From Lingula anatina (Eukaryota; Animalia; Brachiopoda), in assembly GCA_051362555.1 (NCBI GenBank), contig CM120642.1, forward strand, positions 7,192,001-7,256,000: a DNA stretch of 64,000 bases, written 5' to 3'. Below are positions 12,997-26,400 of the stretch, piece by piece. The notes beneath the pieces were generated by a model, which saw nothing but the letters and a program-made list of their open reading frames with translations, had not been told where the DNA came from and did no database searches. Positions within the stretch are counted from its first letter, which is position 1, and every line of letters starts with the position of its first letter. The position numbers were made by a program, and so were the translations under genes.

Positions 12997-15900
12997 ATTT
13001 ATTTTTTTTCATCTTTTGGGCACATAATAACTGATTCACAAACTCTGCATTACGAGAAAATTGTTTTCAATGATAATACTATTTTAAAAATAGAAACTTA
13101 CCAGTGATCATTATTAACATTCTTTGTGCACAAATAACAGATTCAGGTGATATCTTTTAGCTTCATATTACCAATAGATAATGACTCATTCAGAAACCCC
13201 CCTTTCATGAAAAAAATTCCAGTGGCAATAATGTTTTTACAATAAAAACTTACCAGTGAATGTTCTTTGTAAATTTTGCGTGGAAATAACAGATTCAGGT
13301 GACATCTTTGGGCTTCAAACTACCAACAGATTCTGCAGTCAGCAATGACATTAAACTGAAGAACTCCACATAAACATTGCATGCACAATGTCTGCAGAAA
13401 TATAAATGGCACACTATTTAAAAACCTGGACACTTCTGGAAAACCCAACGGCTCAGGTGCTCTCCTCACCACAAAAACCACCAGCTGCCACCTGATCTTG
13501 CTGGAACATTCCACTTACCAAGACAAACTCCAATATATCTACATATATAATATTCTCTTTTTTTTTCTACACGATCTTACCCGTTTACCTCTTGCTGTGT
13601 TGGCAATTAGTTCTATATCAGTAGATAATCTATAAGTGAGCATTCCACTGCTAACTGCCTCTAGCTCCCTTCTGAATAGAGCAAGTACAGTAAATGTATA
13701 AAAGCTCTTCTGAGGTAACATGCACTGGTTATGTCAGGGGAATGTGTAGAAGTACAGTAAAATGTATATAGTTTTCTTTGTCTATAGCCACAAAATTTGC
13801 ACTAGCAATGCAAACCATAGTTACTTCAGCAAACTTCAACTAGAGCACCAATAAAATTAACAAAACAATGCCCCACGAACCTTGGAAAGATTTTTAAGCA
13901 AGAAGCAATCCACAGCAACTCCATATTTTCTCCCCAAAATATAAAAAATCTCATATTTTGTGACAATATAATATCACATCTGCCAACTGCAACTGTGACG
14001 TAAAACAGTGACATGAAATGGCAGAATTATTTAACTGCTAAATGAAAAAATATATACAGATGAGATTATTAATAGGCATTTTCATGATGAATGTGCATGA
14101 TTTATTTAATTAGCATGTCTTGGTGATAACATCTACGGAGTACAGAATATGCAGCAATGTTATTCTTCAAATGGCAAAAACTGCATTTGACTTTTAGATC
14201 CTAAGTTACATCTTTTCAATTTTACGGTAACTGCAGCAACAACAATACAGCTAATTGTGCCCGGAGAAGTAATGATTTTGTAATCATGAGAACTGACAGC
14301 ATAACTGAAAGTGTTGCCAGGAATTGAGAAATCAATGAGAAAAACGACAAGCAATCAATTGTAATGAGCATTCATAAGCAACAAATGAATAGACACATGG
14401 GACACCATTAAACATGGAAAAAATTGACAGACAAATCTCTCTACCAAAAAAAAAAAAAAAAAATGGACCAGCCAGAGAAAAAGTATGAAAGAAATTGTCA
14501 GGAATCAATTTGAATCATTCCAGGAATAATGAGAGACAATAAACACAAGAGAAAGAACAAGTGCTATGTAATATAACGTGTCATCTAACTTGGGTCAAGG
14601 ACACTATGTCTATATGTCTTAAAAGATGAGTCTGACTGAAATACATCCGTAGTACTGGCTCCACAAACACAAGAAGTAATAATACACCACAGAGATGAAA
14701 CATCTTCACATTAATTGCAATCTTATGAAAATAAATACAAAGATAATTAAAAGAATATTGTACTAGAATAAAATATTAATAACTAAGGGAATAAAAAAAA
14801 AGATCATCAATTAAGTGTTTTACTAAAATACAATAGTAATACTTGTTTGAACAAATGATTAATAAACAGGGAAAGATAGCTTACAAAATCTGACTATTGG
14901 CTTTTTCTGCACAAAGGTGTCTTGTGCTTCAAAGATGAAAGTGGACCTTTAAAAATTTGATTATTGCAGGCGCTGAAGGCACCTAGCTCTGTGGGGGGGG
15001 GGGGGGGGGGGGAGGCATAATTACAACACTTTTACATTGGGGCTACCGAATGAATCTGGTACACTTTCATCTCTATGTGTCTGTCTTGAGAATTCAATCA
15101 CATTAGTTTTAAAAAATATTTCATAAGGACAGAGAAAGGTGGCAGATAGAAATAAGGGTTTCATTATTTGCACCCCATCCCCACCCCTCCAAATTCATTG
15201 TCAAATGGAACTCATTTCTTAAAACTGCAATCAAAGACTGCTACAAAAACATCAATCCTTTTCTATTTGTCTTAACCCCATATGACTGTGTGTGTGCACT
15301 TTTTTTCTTTTCATTTCAAACAACCATGTTTTGAATTAGGGAAAATATGGAAAATAAACACTGTTTTTACTTTAGGAAATGAGCATTTCAAAGTTGATCT
15401 GCTTTTCTATTCTGACCCTGGGTGAACTATCAATTATGCACATTCTTGTTTAAAGGAACAATGCGTTGCCACTCTCCCAAAGGTGTAAAACTATTTGCCA
15501 ATATCCCAGTCCAAGCTTTGAAGTGCAGCCATCAAGCTCTCTTGAGACTAAAAGTATTTCAAAGGGAATGAAAGACTTATCACTCCCAGTATATTATCAC
15601 TGCTGGCGTTAATTTTCGATATGTATATGACAAACAACAGAAGTTAACTATGTCAATTCTTTAATTGTCTTTTTTAATTGTGAATAATTGATCCTGCAAA
15701 AATTGGCAACAATAGGACAAATAATCATTTTTTGCCATAGTCCAACTGAATTCTAAAATAAATTCATCTAAATTGCTATGTTATCAAATGCAAGTTTTCA
15801 AAAGACGAATGAATAATGCAACAAAATGTAGCTTCTAGACTCCATCCACATATTAAACGAGCACCTCATTTTGTTCATTTTTTTTCTCCAGCAACAGACC

Positions 15901-16499
15901 AGTTATTATAGCAATTTTTCTCCCTTTTCACAGAAAACACCTCTGCTGATTTTGAGCCTAGCAAAATATCTTACAAAAACATCAATGTTGTCCCTATAGT
16001 AATGGGTTGATCGGAAAATATCACCCCACCCTTATTATATACCAGAAAACTGTTTTGGTTACAAACAGGTACACAACATATGCCAGGGGTGGGTGCCATT
16101 CTCATTTCAAGAGCTGAGGAGTGATTTACTTCAAAAATGCATTTTCTGCCTTTGAAATAAATATTTTTATCGCCTTGCTTTGAAGTGAGTGAATATATTT
16201 TATGGTGAAAGTTGAGTTAATTTATGAGAAAGAATCAAAGATATGAAAGGCACATTTTTGGTCAAGCATACGACACTAATGACATCTTCTGTCTCCAATT
16301 CAAAATGCTCCTAACTTGCTTTTTTGATTTATCTTTTCAGTTGTTAACTTCTGTTACCTTATGTCCAATAAGAATGATTAAGAGATCCCCTTTGTATGTT
16401 GCTATACGTGACCCTAAGAGTTTTTTGTTTTTGTTTTTTTGACATTATTTATTAAGAGATCCCCATTATATATTGCTTACTCATAAACTTACCTTTTTT

Positions 16500-16606
<107 letters not shown>

Positions 16607-16655
16607 CCTGATAAAATTACTTTCAACTTTGAAGATAAATATCCGTAAAACTCAC

Positions 16656-16679
16656 CTTGGCATTTTCTTCATCAGACAA
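16656..16679 (-). CDS. Candidate 24-nt microexon (LSDEENAK)
   Basis: ttgcag|TTGTCTGATGAAGAAAATGCCAAG|gtgagt: consensus donor, frame-preserving, phase 0-0 like its neighbours. The polypyrimidine tract is weak. Confidence 0.4.
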
Positions 16680-18060
16680 CTGCAATACATCCAGCCTACA
16701 CTTAGTGATTTTAACCTGTCTGTGCTTGCAATAGCTTAGGATGCATTCAAATCAGTTTTAACTTAAAATATTGAGATGTGAAAGACAACTTTATTTCATT
16801 CAAATGCTGTGTAATCCCCTAAAATGCAAGCTAGCATCATATACCCATTACATATGTGTATTTTCAGATAACTAAATCTGCAATGTTTCAAGTCAAATGA
16901 ACAATTGCATGTTGTCTTAATTCTGATGTGTAAAATATTGCTTATTCATTGATATCTGCTTTTTCAGATGTTCAAGCCATGAAAATGTTTCAAATATAAT
17001 GTATGCTTGACTAAAATTGCACTTGATTTCCTTCTGGCTTTTTCCTAAACTGTTGCAAGTACCACCAATTTCAGAATAATCAATCCCCAATCAAAAATAA
17101 AGAACAACATCCCTAACATATGTAAGAGTGCTTATAAACAACAACCTGAGAGTGTTTTTACATAGGAATTGATAACACAGCTCCCATATCATCACTCCAC
17201 ATGATCAACACAAACCTCCAACTGCAATCAGACTGCCTGCTCCTGAAGATATAGCCTAAAAACTGCTTCAGTTAAAACAAAGCAAAAAGCGTCTACTTCC
17301 ATTAGCCCAAAAACAGCTTCAGTTTAAGCAGAGCTGAACGCGGCCCAGAGTAGATGCTGTGTACTAAAGTAAGAAGGTGTTATGTCTACTAAACAATACA
17401 GACTAATGCCAGAAAGTGTTGTTTATCTAAAAACAGTGAGTCAGTTAAGTTTTTTATGGTGAACGGAGATATGTGAAGGATGTAGAGGGCATTTAGGATT
17501 ATGCTTCAACAGACCATTCACCTACAGCCATCAATCATGAAAGAAAACAAAAAAAAAATAAAAACACTTGGAAAAAACACTGGTGCAATGAGCTACTCAC
17601 AGAAAATAAACAATTACGTATACCAAATTTACTGTAAATATATTACAATGAAAATATTTGGAAGTCCCAAATTCCCTCTGAAAAATTAAATTAAATATAA
17701 AAGAGCAAAGGTGTAAGTGGATCTTTTGAAAAAAAAAACAATTTGCCATACCAAATTTAATGTAAAGTAGTTAACATTATGTTGAAGCAGCTGTTACCAT
17801 GTTCATATTCTTATGCCAACACCCTAAGCAAGCTAAGGTAAGCTAATCTTTTCTTGTACCAGCATACGAACAACCATTCAACAATCATGACGAAATTAAT
17901 TTACTTGTGGTCTCAGCAAATGATATTTCCCTTCATAAAAGTTATAAACCAAACAAAATTTGAATTAACTTTGATTAGGTTGAAATGTGATGTCATCTGT
18001 CTTGATCCTGTACAAGAACATAACTGTAACTAGAATATGTACAAAGAATAAACTTATGTG

Positions 18061-18108
<48 letters not shown>
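18061..18108. repeat. Compound (CA)n(GA)n microsatellite
   Basis: Direct reading. Confidence 0.95.
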
Positions 18109-18111
<3 letters not shown>

Positions 18112-19003
18112 AAGAAGAGCAAGTAAAATACACGAGGAGCAAAACAAACATCCAGACTGCAACCGGCAGCCAGGGTGATAGTGATGGAACACCTGTACCG
18201 ACTGGGAACATTATAACAACAATCTTCAGCAAGGAAAATAATCACTCTCGAGACATCCAATGTGTAATATTCAGACACCTGCTCACAGCAATTTAATAAA
18301 CCATTTGCATCCAGCTTTTGTGCAGTCAGGAGGCAAAGCCTAGGAGCTAAAGCCTCGTTGTCTAGCTAAGCATTAACCAGGGTGTATAACACGCTGTGAT
18401 ATTTTGAAACATTGATCTTATATGTGTTCCAACATTTTTAAGATAGTTCTATATAAATGATAGCTAATGATCACCAGGTGACGTCATTGCAAACTTAAGA
18501 TATCAGATTGACTTAGAAATGTTTCTGAGAGTATTTAAAAAATAATAAGTTAATGTGACATAGATTTTAATATTATTACTGAACATATAAACCTATTCCA
18601 GCTAGTTTTATGTGTACAGTATTTCACCCTGTTCTCCAGACAAAATATGACCTTGACAAAATAAAATCTAAAAATGCCTGATAAATAAACAGCCAAAATG
18701 TAGTCAATACAACATGTTTAAAACATAGCTGACATGAGTACTGAAAATGGTTTAACTCTCCTTTACCACGTTCTAAATTTTCTATAGATTCTATAGGTAC
18801 AGCAAGTTCTATTTTCCCCTCCCACTCCACCAAAGATTACTTAATATAAGTACACATGACAATTGTTCAAAGAAACATCATGTTATAACAAACATCGAGT
18901 TTGACTTCACCATAACAAGTGAACATTTGTCTTACCTTTAACATATTTTATATCATATTTGAAACAAACATAGCACTTTAAATATAATGAGCACTTTCCT
19001 CAC

Positions 19004-19195
19004 CTTCAATATCTCATTTTGATATTCTATCAGCTTGCTCTTATCAATAACGCTGTCCTCTGTTTGGCCATTTTGTGGTTGTGTGTTGTTATGATTCTCG
19101 TCACTTTTCAAAGGTAATTCCTCCAACAATATCACTTTATCACTGCTCGTGTGGCTGTTTGTCGACAACTTATTTAGCGCTTTCCCAAGCTCCTC
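19004..19195 (-). CDS. Internal coding exon, 64 aa (EELGKALNKLSTNSH...KSKLIEYQNEILK)
   Basis: Acceptor ttctgttctttgtag, donor AAG|gtgagg, 192 nt, phase 0-0, open frame. Overlaps ORF-track entry 18953..19168. Confidence 0.8.
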
Positions 19196-20297
19196 CTACA
19201 AAGAACAGAAATGAAATGAGTTAGATGATTGTCTCTTACATTTTGAATCAATTTTCTTGACTTATAAATCAATGATAAGTATGTGCACACTTGCAATCAC
19301 CGCTACTGTTGCAAACCATCATACGGGCTTGTGACAATTACGCAAAATAATTGCTTGGATTATAAAATGTCACAGTTCCCAAATGTGTATATTTCAATCA
19401 TGTACTTGAGCTCATGATGCTCTGCCTATATAGATATAGAAAAAGAACTATAAAAATATTCATCACTGGCAAATGATATGAACCTCTCAAGCTGGTGATG
19501 ACATGCAAAATTGTCTACAATATCAATAAATGTCTTTTTTATATATTATTCTAAATTACTTACTCTCCTGAAAAGTCTCAAAATCTAGAGTACGCTAAGA
19601 GGAGAGATCACAAAATCACCCACTTAAAATACGTAGTAGCATGAGGTATCCATCTTTTGTGCTCCTATATGTGTGTTTTTAAGGAACTTCTGTTCACTTT
19701 TTATAGTACCATATGCAGTCAGAACAGAAAATGTCAACAGGACTGCCAGAAACAGACAAGTTAGGGTATTTCTGCACCAGATATCACATGAACAAGAAAT
19801 GTCACTGTTTATCTGATATCTTCTATGTGCTTCAACAATTTGAGTCACACTTTAAGAGGACATTCCACTCTAATTCACAAGAGGGGGCAACAGTGATCAT
19901 ATTCCCCCCTTTTGACATTCTTTAATTTTGACTACCCAGGGAAGATATTCTGTTTTTATTTGCGTGATCCATTTTAACACTACCCTCAACATTTTTGAAA
20001 AAAAAATTGAAAAAAAAAATTAAAATAAATCAAAATATTTCCCAGACAATAGCCTTAACTTTCTCTTAAATATCAAAAGGAAGTATTTATTCAGAGATCA
20101 GCTTCATAAATAAAAAAAACAAAAGATTGGAAGTTCGTCTAAATATTAAGGATAAATATATTGTAGTCTTCTAAAACAAAGAACTTTCTAGTCTTAAGCC
20201 TTAGTTATAATTTTCTCTTCATAAAAAGGCAGAATATCTCCTTAAAGAGGACTACTTCTGCTTTGTCTTACGTCAAATTGGACTAAATTTCAGCTAT

Positions 20298-20467
20298 GAG
20301 AGCATTCACATCAAGAAGAGCCGAGGTCTAGCAAGGCCCAGACCTAAATATGGTGGACCTTCATGAAAGGCACACCGCGTAATCCTTTAATGGTCTCTCA
20401 ATGATATTCATTCATATTTAGGTCTCGGCCTTGCTAGACCTCGGCTCTTCTTGATGTGAATGCTCTC
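20298..20467. mobile_element. Fold-back PIF/Harbinger-like MITE, copy A (internally deleted)
   Basis: About 55-bp near-perfect terminal inverted repeat GAGAGCATTCACATCAAGAAGAGCCGAGGTCTAGCAAGGCC... Shares CATTCA, CTAAATATGG, CATGAAAGG and TAATCCTTTAAT blocks with copies B and C. Confidence 0.8.
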
Positions 20468-23400
20468 TTAGACACCAAAGTCTTACTCCTCTTTGCATGG
20501 CGCATTGGATAAATCATTACTAGTAGCAGTCTAAATAAATTAAATGTTATAAAGGCACTACTCATGTTTCAAACTTGTTTATCAAATTTATCTTGAGCTG
20601 AAGTAGACAAAATTCCTGTTCTCCAAGTCAAGATTGACAATCTGTTTAAAGTGTTTTGTAAAACCAGCCCCTGTTGTTCACAAGTCTAATCATGAGTGGG
20701 TGAGATTCATCATACCTAAGGTGTATCAAATTTTGGGAGGAAATTCTCCAGAAAAGATTGAATCATTCTGATTGCATGCATAACCAAAGAGTGGAAAAGA
20801 GAGAAGGAAAACGAGGTCATAAGTTTTCACGTTACCTCAAATAAACAGTGATGACTGAAGCCAATGGCAATTTGAACAAAGTCATCATGCCTTATACAAA
20901 CATACCAATATATTTATGAATACAAAAGAATTAATTAAGACTACTAAGTTTACATTTTATTAGTTTGTGAAGTGAAATATGTCAATAATCATTAACCTAC
21001 AAAACAGGCTTTAAAATACAAAGTAGATCCTCCTCTCCTCCTAGTTCAAACTTGAAGATAAAAAGAATTGGGTTTGGCCACTTCAATCTACACAGTCACC
21101 ACGCCTTGGCATTCTAATTGAACTGAAAAAAAAATATCACCACAACTGATTTAAGGCTGTGCCTAATTGACTTTGACAGCTCAATGACATGCTTAATTAA
21201 GGTGTTTTAAACAGCCCCCTCAAGAAGTCAATCAAGGATGTGACCATATTTTGGTCTGTTCAGACAAGACTATTTCTGACCCGATATTGGGTAAACTTTT
21301 GGCATCAAAGTTCAGGAGCACATTTTTGTCTAAAAACAGCTTTTTAGTACCCTGTTCACAATCTCCATGAGTAAAAGAAATAATTTTATTTTAAAAATTT
21401 TAGTTTGTCAGCATTTAGATAGCACAGGTTGTACTGATTGCAATCTGTGTCAGTGAATGCTCAGCATATCACAACGAAATCGTCTGAAAAAACTTCCATG
21501 TCAATCTCTTTTCAATACATCTCATGGAAAAACATAACCTCACAACATGCAAGCTGTGCATACAAGACTGATTGCAATCAGTGTGATTGTGTCATTAGTA
21601 TGTGAAGTAGATGGACTGTAGACATATGGTCCAAAAACTGTGCAAGTGAGTCCTGTAAAGCTGGGTGAAAGCTGGACAGTGCTGCCACACATTATATCCC
21701 AGACCTGAAAAGTTCAGGCAACCTTTGCATAGCTCAAATACCAAACTAACAGTTCTAACAATTTCCAGAGAACAGGGTTTCCCTGTGCATATTGACTCAA
21801 AGATCAAGGCCATTTTCTGTATTTAAAAAGTGAATAAAAGCATTTAATTGCAATAGACAGAGAGAGAGAAACAGGGGTGGGGGAGGGAGAGAGATGCATT
21901 AAACATGCGCTTAGCATCTACCAGCTTAATTACAATCAGCAAACAATGTTATACCCTCATCTGAGTGGGTACTGCCTCACAGATTTTAAACTCCTTTCCA
22001 AGACCTAATATATGAAGAGAGCACAAAATGAAACTATAGAAACTAAGTCTTTAATGCCAATTTTCTCAAAGGTGCTGCAGATCACCAGAGTTAGTGCAGA
22101 TTTTTAAAAATGTAGATATCTTTATTGATTTCTCTGCAATAGCCTTACCTGATAGCTTCAGCTTTCTAAATCCTTGCACATTTGTATCAGCTCTTTCCAT
22201 TTAAAATCCACATATCTTAAAAGATCTTTAAAGAGTCCATTACATTGTTTGAAAACATAAACTGATCCAGCTAATAAAATAGGAGAGTTAATGCAATCCT
22301 TCATCTTCTCTTTCAAATCTGGAAATTGTTCTGTTCTTTTCTTTCACTTTTACATGTACCACAGAGTTCAGTATAACTGAATGCCATCATGTACCCATAT
22401 TTTGAAAACTGAGACTTTAATCTGAAGATTTGTATCTCTCAAAACTCACTGAAAACTAATCTGGCTTCACCTGTTTCAAAGTTAGAAGTTACTCCAATCT
22501 ATTCTTCCACTACTGCCACAATCACAAATACAAAAAGGTATCAGCATCTATCCGAAATTCATCTATCTTGCCCTGTAGTAAATTGTGCCAGTAGTTTGAA
22601 ATTCTGACATCTCGTCAAATGCTAAACTGTGCCAGTATTTTGTAATTCAGACATCACAGTAGATCTCCATCCCAGACATCACAATCAATCCCAGCCTCAC
22701 TCACAGCAGTGATGACCTTAGAGCCTTGGCTTCTTATCTGGACCACTGCTACTGAGGAACTCTGATTTCCAATAAACCTGGTCCCTGGTAGAAACCCTTC
22801 TACAACTTAGAAATAATATTCACATAAAAATTCATATTTCATTTTTTGTCTACTGTGTTTATTGCTGTCTAGTGCAAACTTTTAGCAAACTCGGTTGCTT
22901 TTTTGTAAAAACAAGTTTACAGTACATGAAATATTTTCCTTCATAGTGTTGGATTATAGCTATTGCTTCACCATTTTTTATAATCGCCATAAGTTCAGTA
23001 CTTCAGCATTTCACTCTTTCACGCAGCAAATTGTGATATAAATCTAAATGTACCCTGAACAATTTTGAAATCAGAAAAAATATTTTCACACCATGAAATG
23101 ACAAAAAACACGAAAGCTTAACTGATTTTTTTCACTCACCCAGCACTTCACTAAGACACCAGTTCAATTAAGTTCAGATTCTTCTTCATCTTAGGAAATG
23201 ATAAACTCCCAGCTTGGAAAAATCATTTTACTCATCATGATCACTAATAACATAACTAAAAAACTATCAGTTGGCATCCAACAAAAAGATAAATAGTAAT
23301 AGTACTCAATGATTTACTTTCTGCTGCCAGATGGCAACATCCTAGACACAGTCTAGCCAAGTAAATGAAAGGGGTTAATTGGCAAAATAATTTCTTCAAT

Positions 23401-26400
23401 TTTTTATACTTTGTATTATAATAAGCTTACAGGGAACAATCCAGTGGTAGAAAATAACCATATTTCTGTGGCCCATTTGCTTAAAATTAAGTTACACTCC
23501 AGCCACTTTTTTTTTTAAATTGTCTATTCATTCTTTGTCTCGAAGGTAAATACCACTTAACATTTGTCAAAAAAAGATGCTAGTGTGTATATATGTATTT
23601 CTAATTTTTTTCCTTTCCTTTTCTCCAAAGTAAATACCATATACCATTAGGCAAAAAAAGTACAAACCTAGCATATCCATGATCCATCTAGCCAAGCCGT
23701 AACAACATATCTTCAATCTATTTCCTTTTAATATTCCATGCAATTTGAGCAAACCTAGTTACAGCACTAATCAACTATGGAATGTGATAACCTTTTTACT
23801 TTCAACTCTTATCAGTATTCACATCATATTTTCTGATATCACCAAAATGAGCATTTTTCCTGTAAGCTTATTAAGACATTCCTATGGATTTTTTCCTCAT
23901 TCTTTTTCCATTTTTTCACGGATTACATAAGGATTCGTCTGCTAACACTGCATGTTCAATTTCCATACCACAATTACATAAATACATTGCAGCAGTTAAA
24001 ATATTATATAAGGGGCCTACAAATGGATAAACAAGGGGCATCCCAAGACGATCCCAGCAAAAAAAGGTGAATAAATCAAACTGCAACAAGCCCTAGAGCA
24101 TACGCAATGGTATTTCAGAAAGTGGTTTATACTTCTATTACATATTCTCCTCCGCATACAGACACTGATATAGCGTGTTTTCCCTAATCTGATTTACTGT
24201 CTGCTGTCTGACTGTGTAAACTTTAACAACCTCCCTTCTACTGAACTGATAAATACTGGTAAAAAAGAAAGAAATCAAATAAAACATTCTGATGTGTTAA
24301 TATAAAAGGACTACTTTCACTGATTAAAACTGCATGTTATGTGCACTTGTGAAATACAGCATAAGCAAGAAGGAAAAGCATGGGACTTACAGAAAAAATT
24401 TGACTGAAGGAAAAAATTCGGTGCAAAAAAAAAGAGCGATGAGTTTTTAAAAATGAGGTAAAAAGCATAATGAAATATGTGGTCATGGCAAGAATCTCTA
24501 GAAAGTAATAAATGCATAACAAACAGGGTAATACCAAAAAGGGGTCGACCCATCTTCAATGTAAACACACCTAAACAAAATATATTCCCCATGATTTTTT
24601 AAGTACCTTGTTAACAGTACTCTCCTACCCATAAAACACTACCTGTGCACTGCCACCTTTATAAACTAACGGATAACACTAAGATAACATCACAAGCTAT
24701 TTTCTACATTATTTTTTCAACCCTCATAACCCAAATTTATTTTTCATGGCACATCTTCTATGGATCTGTGCAACCTACACATGTACTGTTAACATTTAAT
24801 GCTGCTCTCTCTCACACACACACCATTCCTAAAACTCACCCCAATATAAAATCCCCATCAGCACCTACAGTAATTCTGTATGCAAACCTTCACCACACTT
24901 GAACTTCACTGCATTGTTCAAAGACCACGGATCTGCCCGTGGAGCATGCAATAAACATATCACCCTTTCCCTTAAAACAATAGCCAGGTTAAGGTAGAAC
25001 AGGACTCTGACGACCCTTTAAATGATAAAATGGGCCACAGAGGGGGCCAAGGGAGGAGGTCTGTTATAGTAAAAATGAGCAATGGCCATTGAACAATTTC
25101 TCCCAATGAGGGGGTCCAGGAGTGGGGTTTGTTTGCAATAAAATGAGTAACTAGTAATGAAATAAGGGGGCAATATGTAGTCAACAGCCACAGCTGTCAT
25201 GTTGTCAACAACAGACTGTCATATCTATAGACATCGTATGCTGTCAGATAATAAACAACAATAGTAGCAATAGAACACAGATGTGGCTGCTTTGGAAGGT
25301 TCAGATACCAAGGCTAGAGAGGATGATGGGACAATCCATTTGTGTTGTGTGTGCATTAATGTGTGTATTATGCATGAGTGTTTGCATTTATATAGGCCTG
25401 TGCACTTGCATGTGCACGTGTGTGCATGCATGTGTGGTTGGTCATGTATGTGTGTGTATGCATTCATGCACTTGTGCCCACATTTAAGACTCAGTGGGGC
25501 ATGGTGTTAGCTTAAACTTGTAGCTAATTAAAAGAATTCCCTGTAAATGTGTGTGCATGCATCCATGTGCATGTATTATATGCACATGCACATGCGTACG
25601 TGCACACACATTTATGCATGCCTATGTATATAAATGTGCGAGCACATTTTAGGCTCAGCAATACCTAAAATATTCTGTCAAAGTAAAAGAATAAATTATA
25701 CCTTAAGAAAATTTCCCTCATTACCAGTTCCCTTTCTCTCAGAAAAAAGAATATTACAAATTCTTTAATCTAATGCCACGTTTTTGTTTTCCCTTTCTTA
25801 TGGCTCACTCTAGAATATTCCATTTTAACTGAATATAAAAGAAATAGAATTGTCTCTACATTGAGCCTACATCGGACTTTTGACTCAAGATTTAGCTTTA
25901 AAACAACTGTATCTATTTACACCAAAACAAAAGTTCACTAGTGTGAGCCATATTTTTTTACCTTCGACTCCCTTTTGCCCTCATGTACACACTGTCCATG
26001 TTTTTGGCAACACTCTTCCTGGGGCCATCTGTTGTTTTTGAAATATTTTTGATGCATTATGCATTTGTTTGTTGCCAAAGGCAGTAACGAGATTCTTTTC
26101 TGACATTACCTTCTTGACAGTATTATTACAAGCACTATAAAAACATCTTCATGGTCCAAGGAGTATTGTACTGATAGACAAGAGGTTTCAATTGTGGAAA
26201 AAATATAGTTTTTTAAACAAGTCACAAATTTAAATATCTCCAAGGATGTAATATTTTTACATTAATTGTTTGTCTGTGCTATTTTTGAATGATATTGTTA
26301 CTAAAAAGTATCATTAAAAGAATTATATAATGAAAATAATTCTTTTCTGGAGAAAAGTTCACACATATTATAATTATGTGATGATTGAACTTGGTGCCTG

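Noticed and set aside
14993-15013. Poly-G run as a G-quadruplex element
   Set aside because: Similar poly-G/C runs occur throughout the window (27721, 34431, 37024, 38063, 61666); generic homopolymers.
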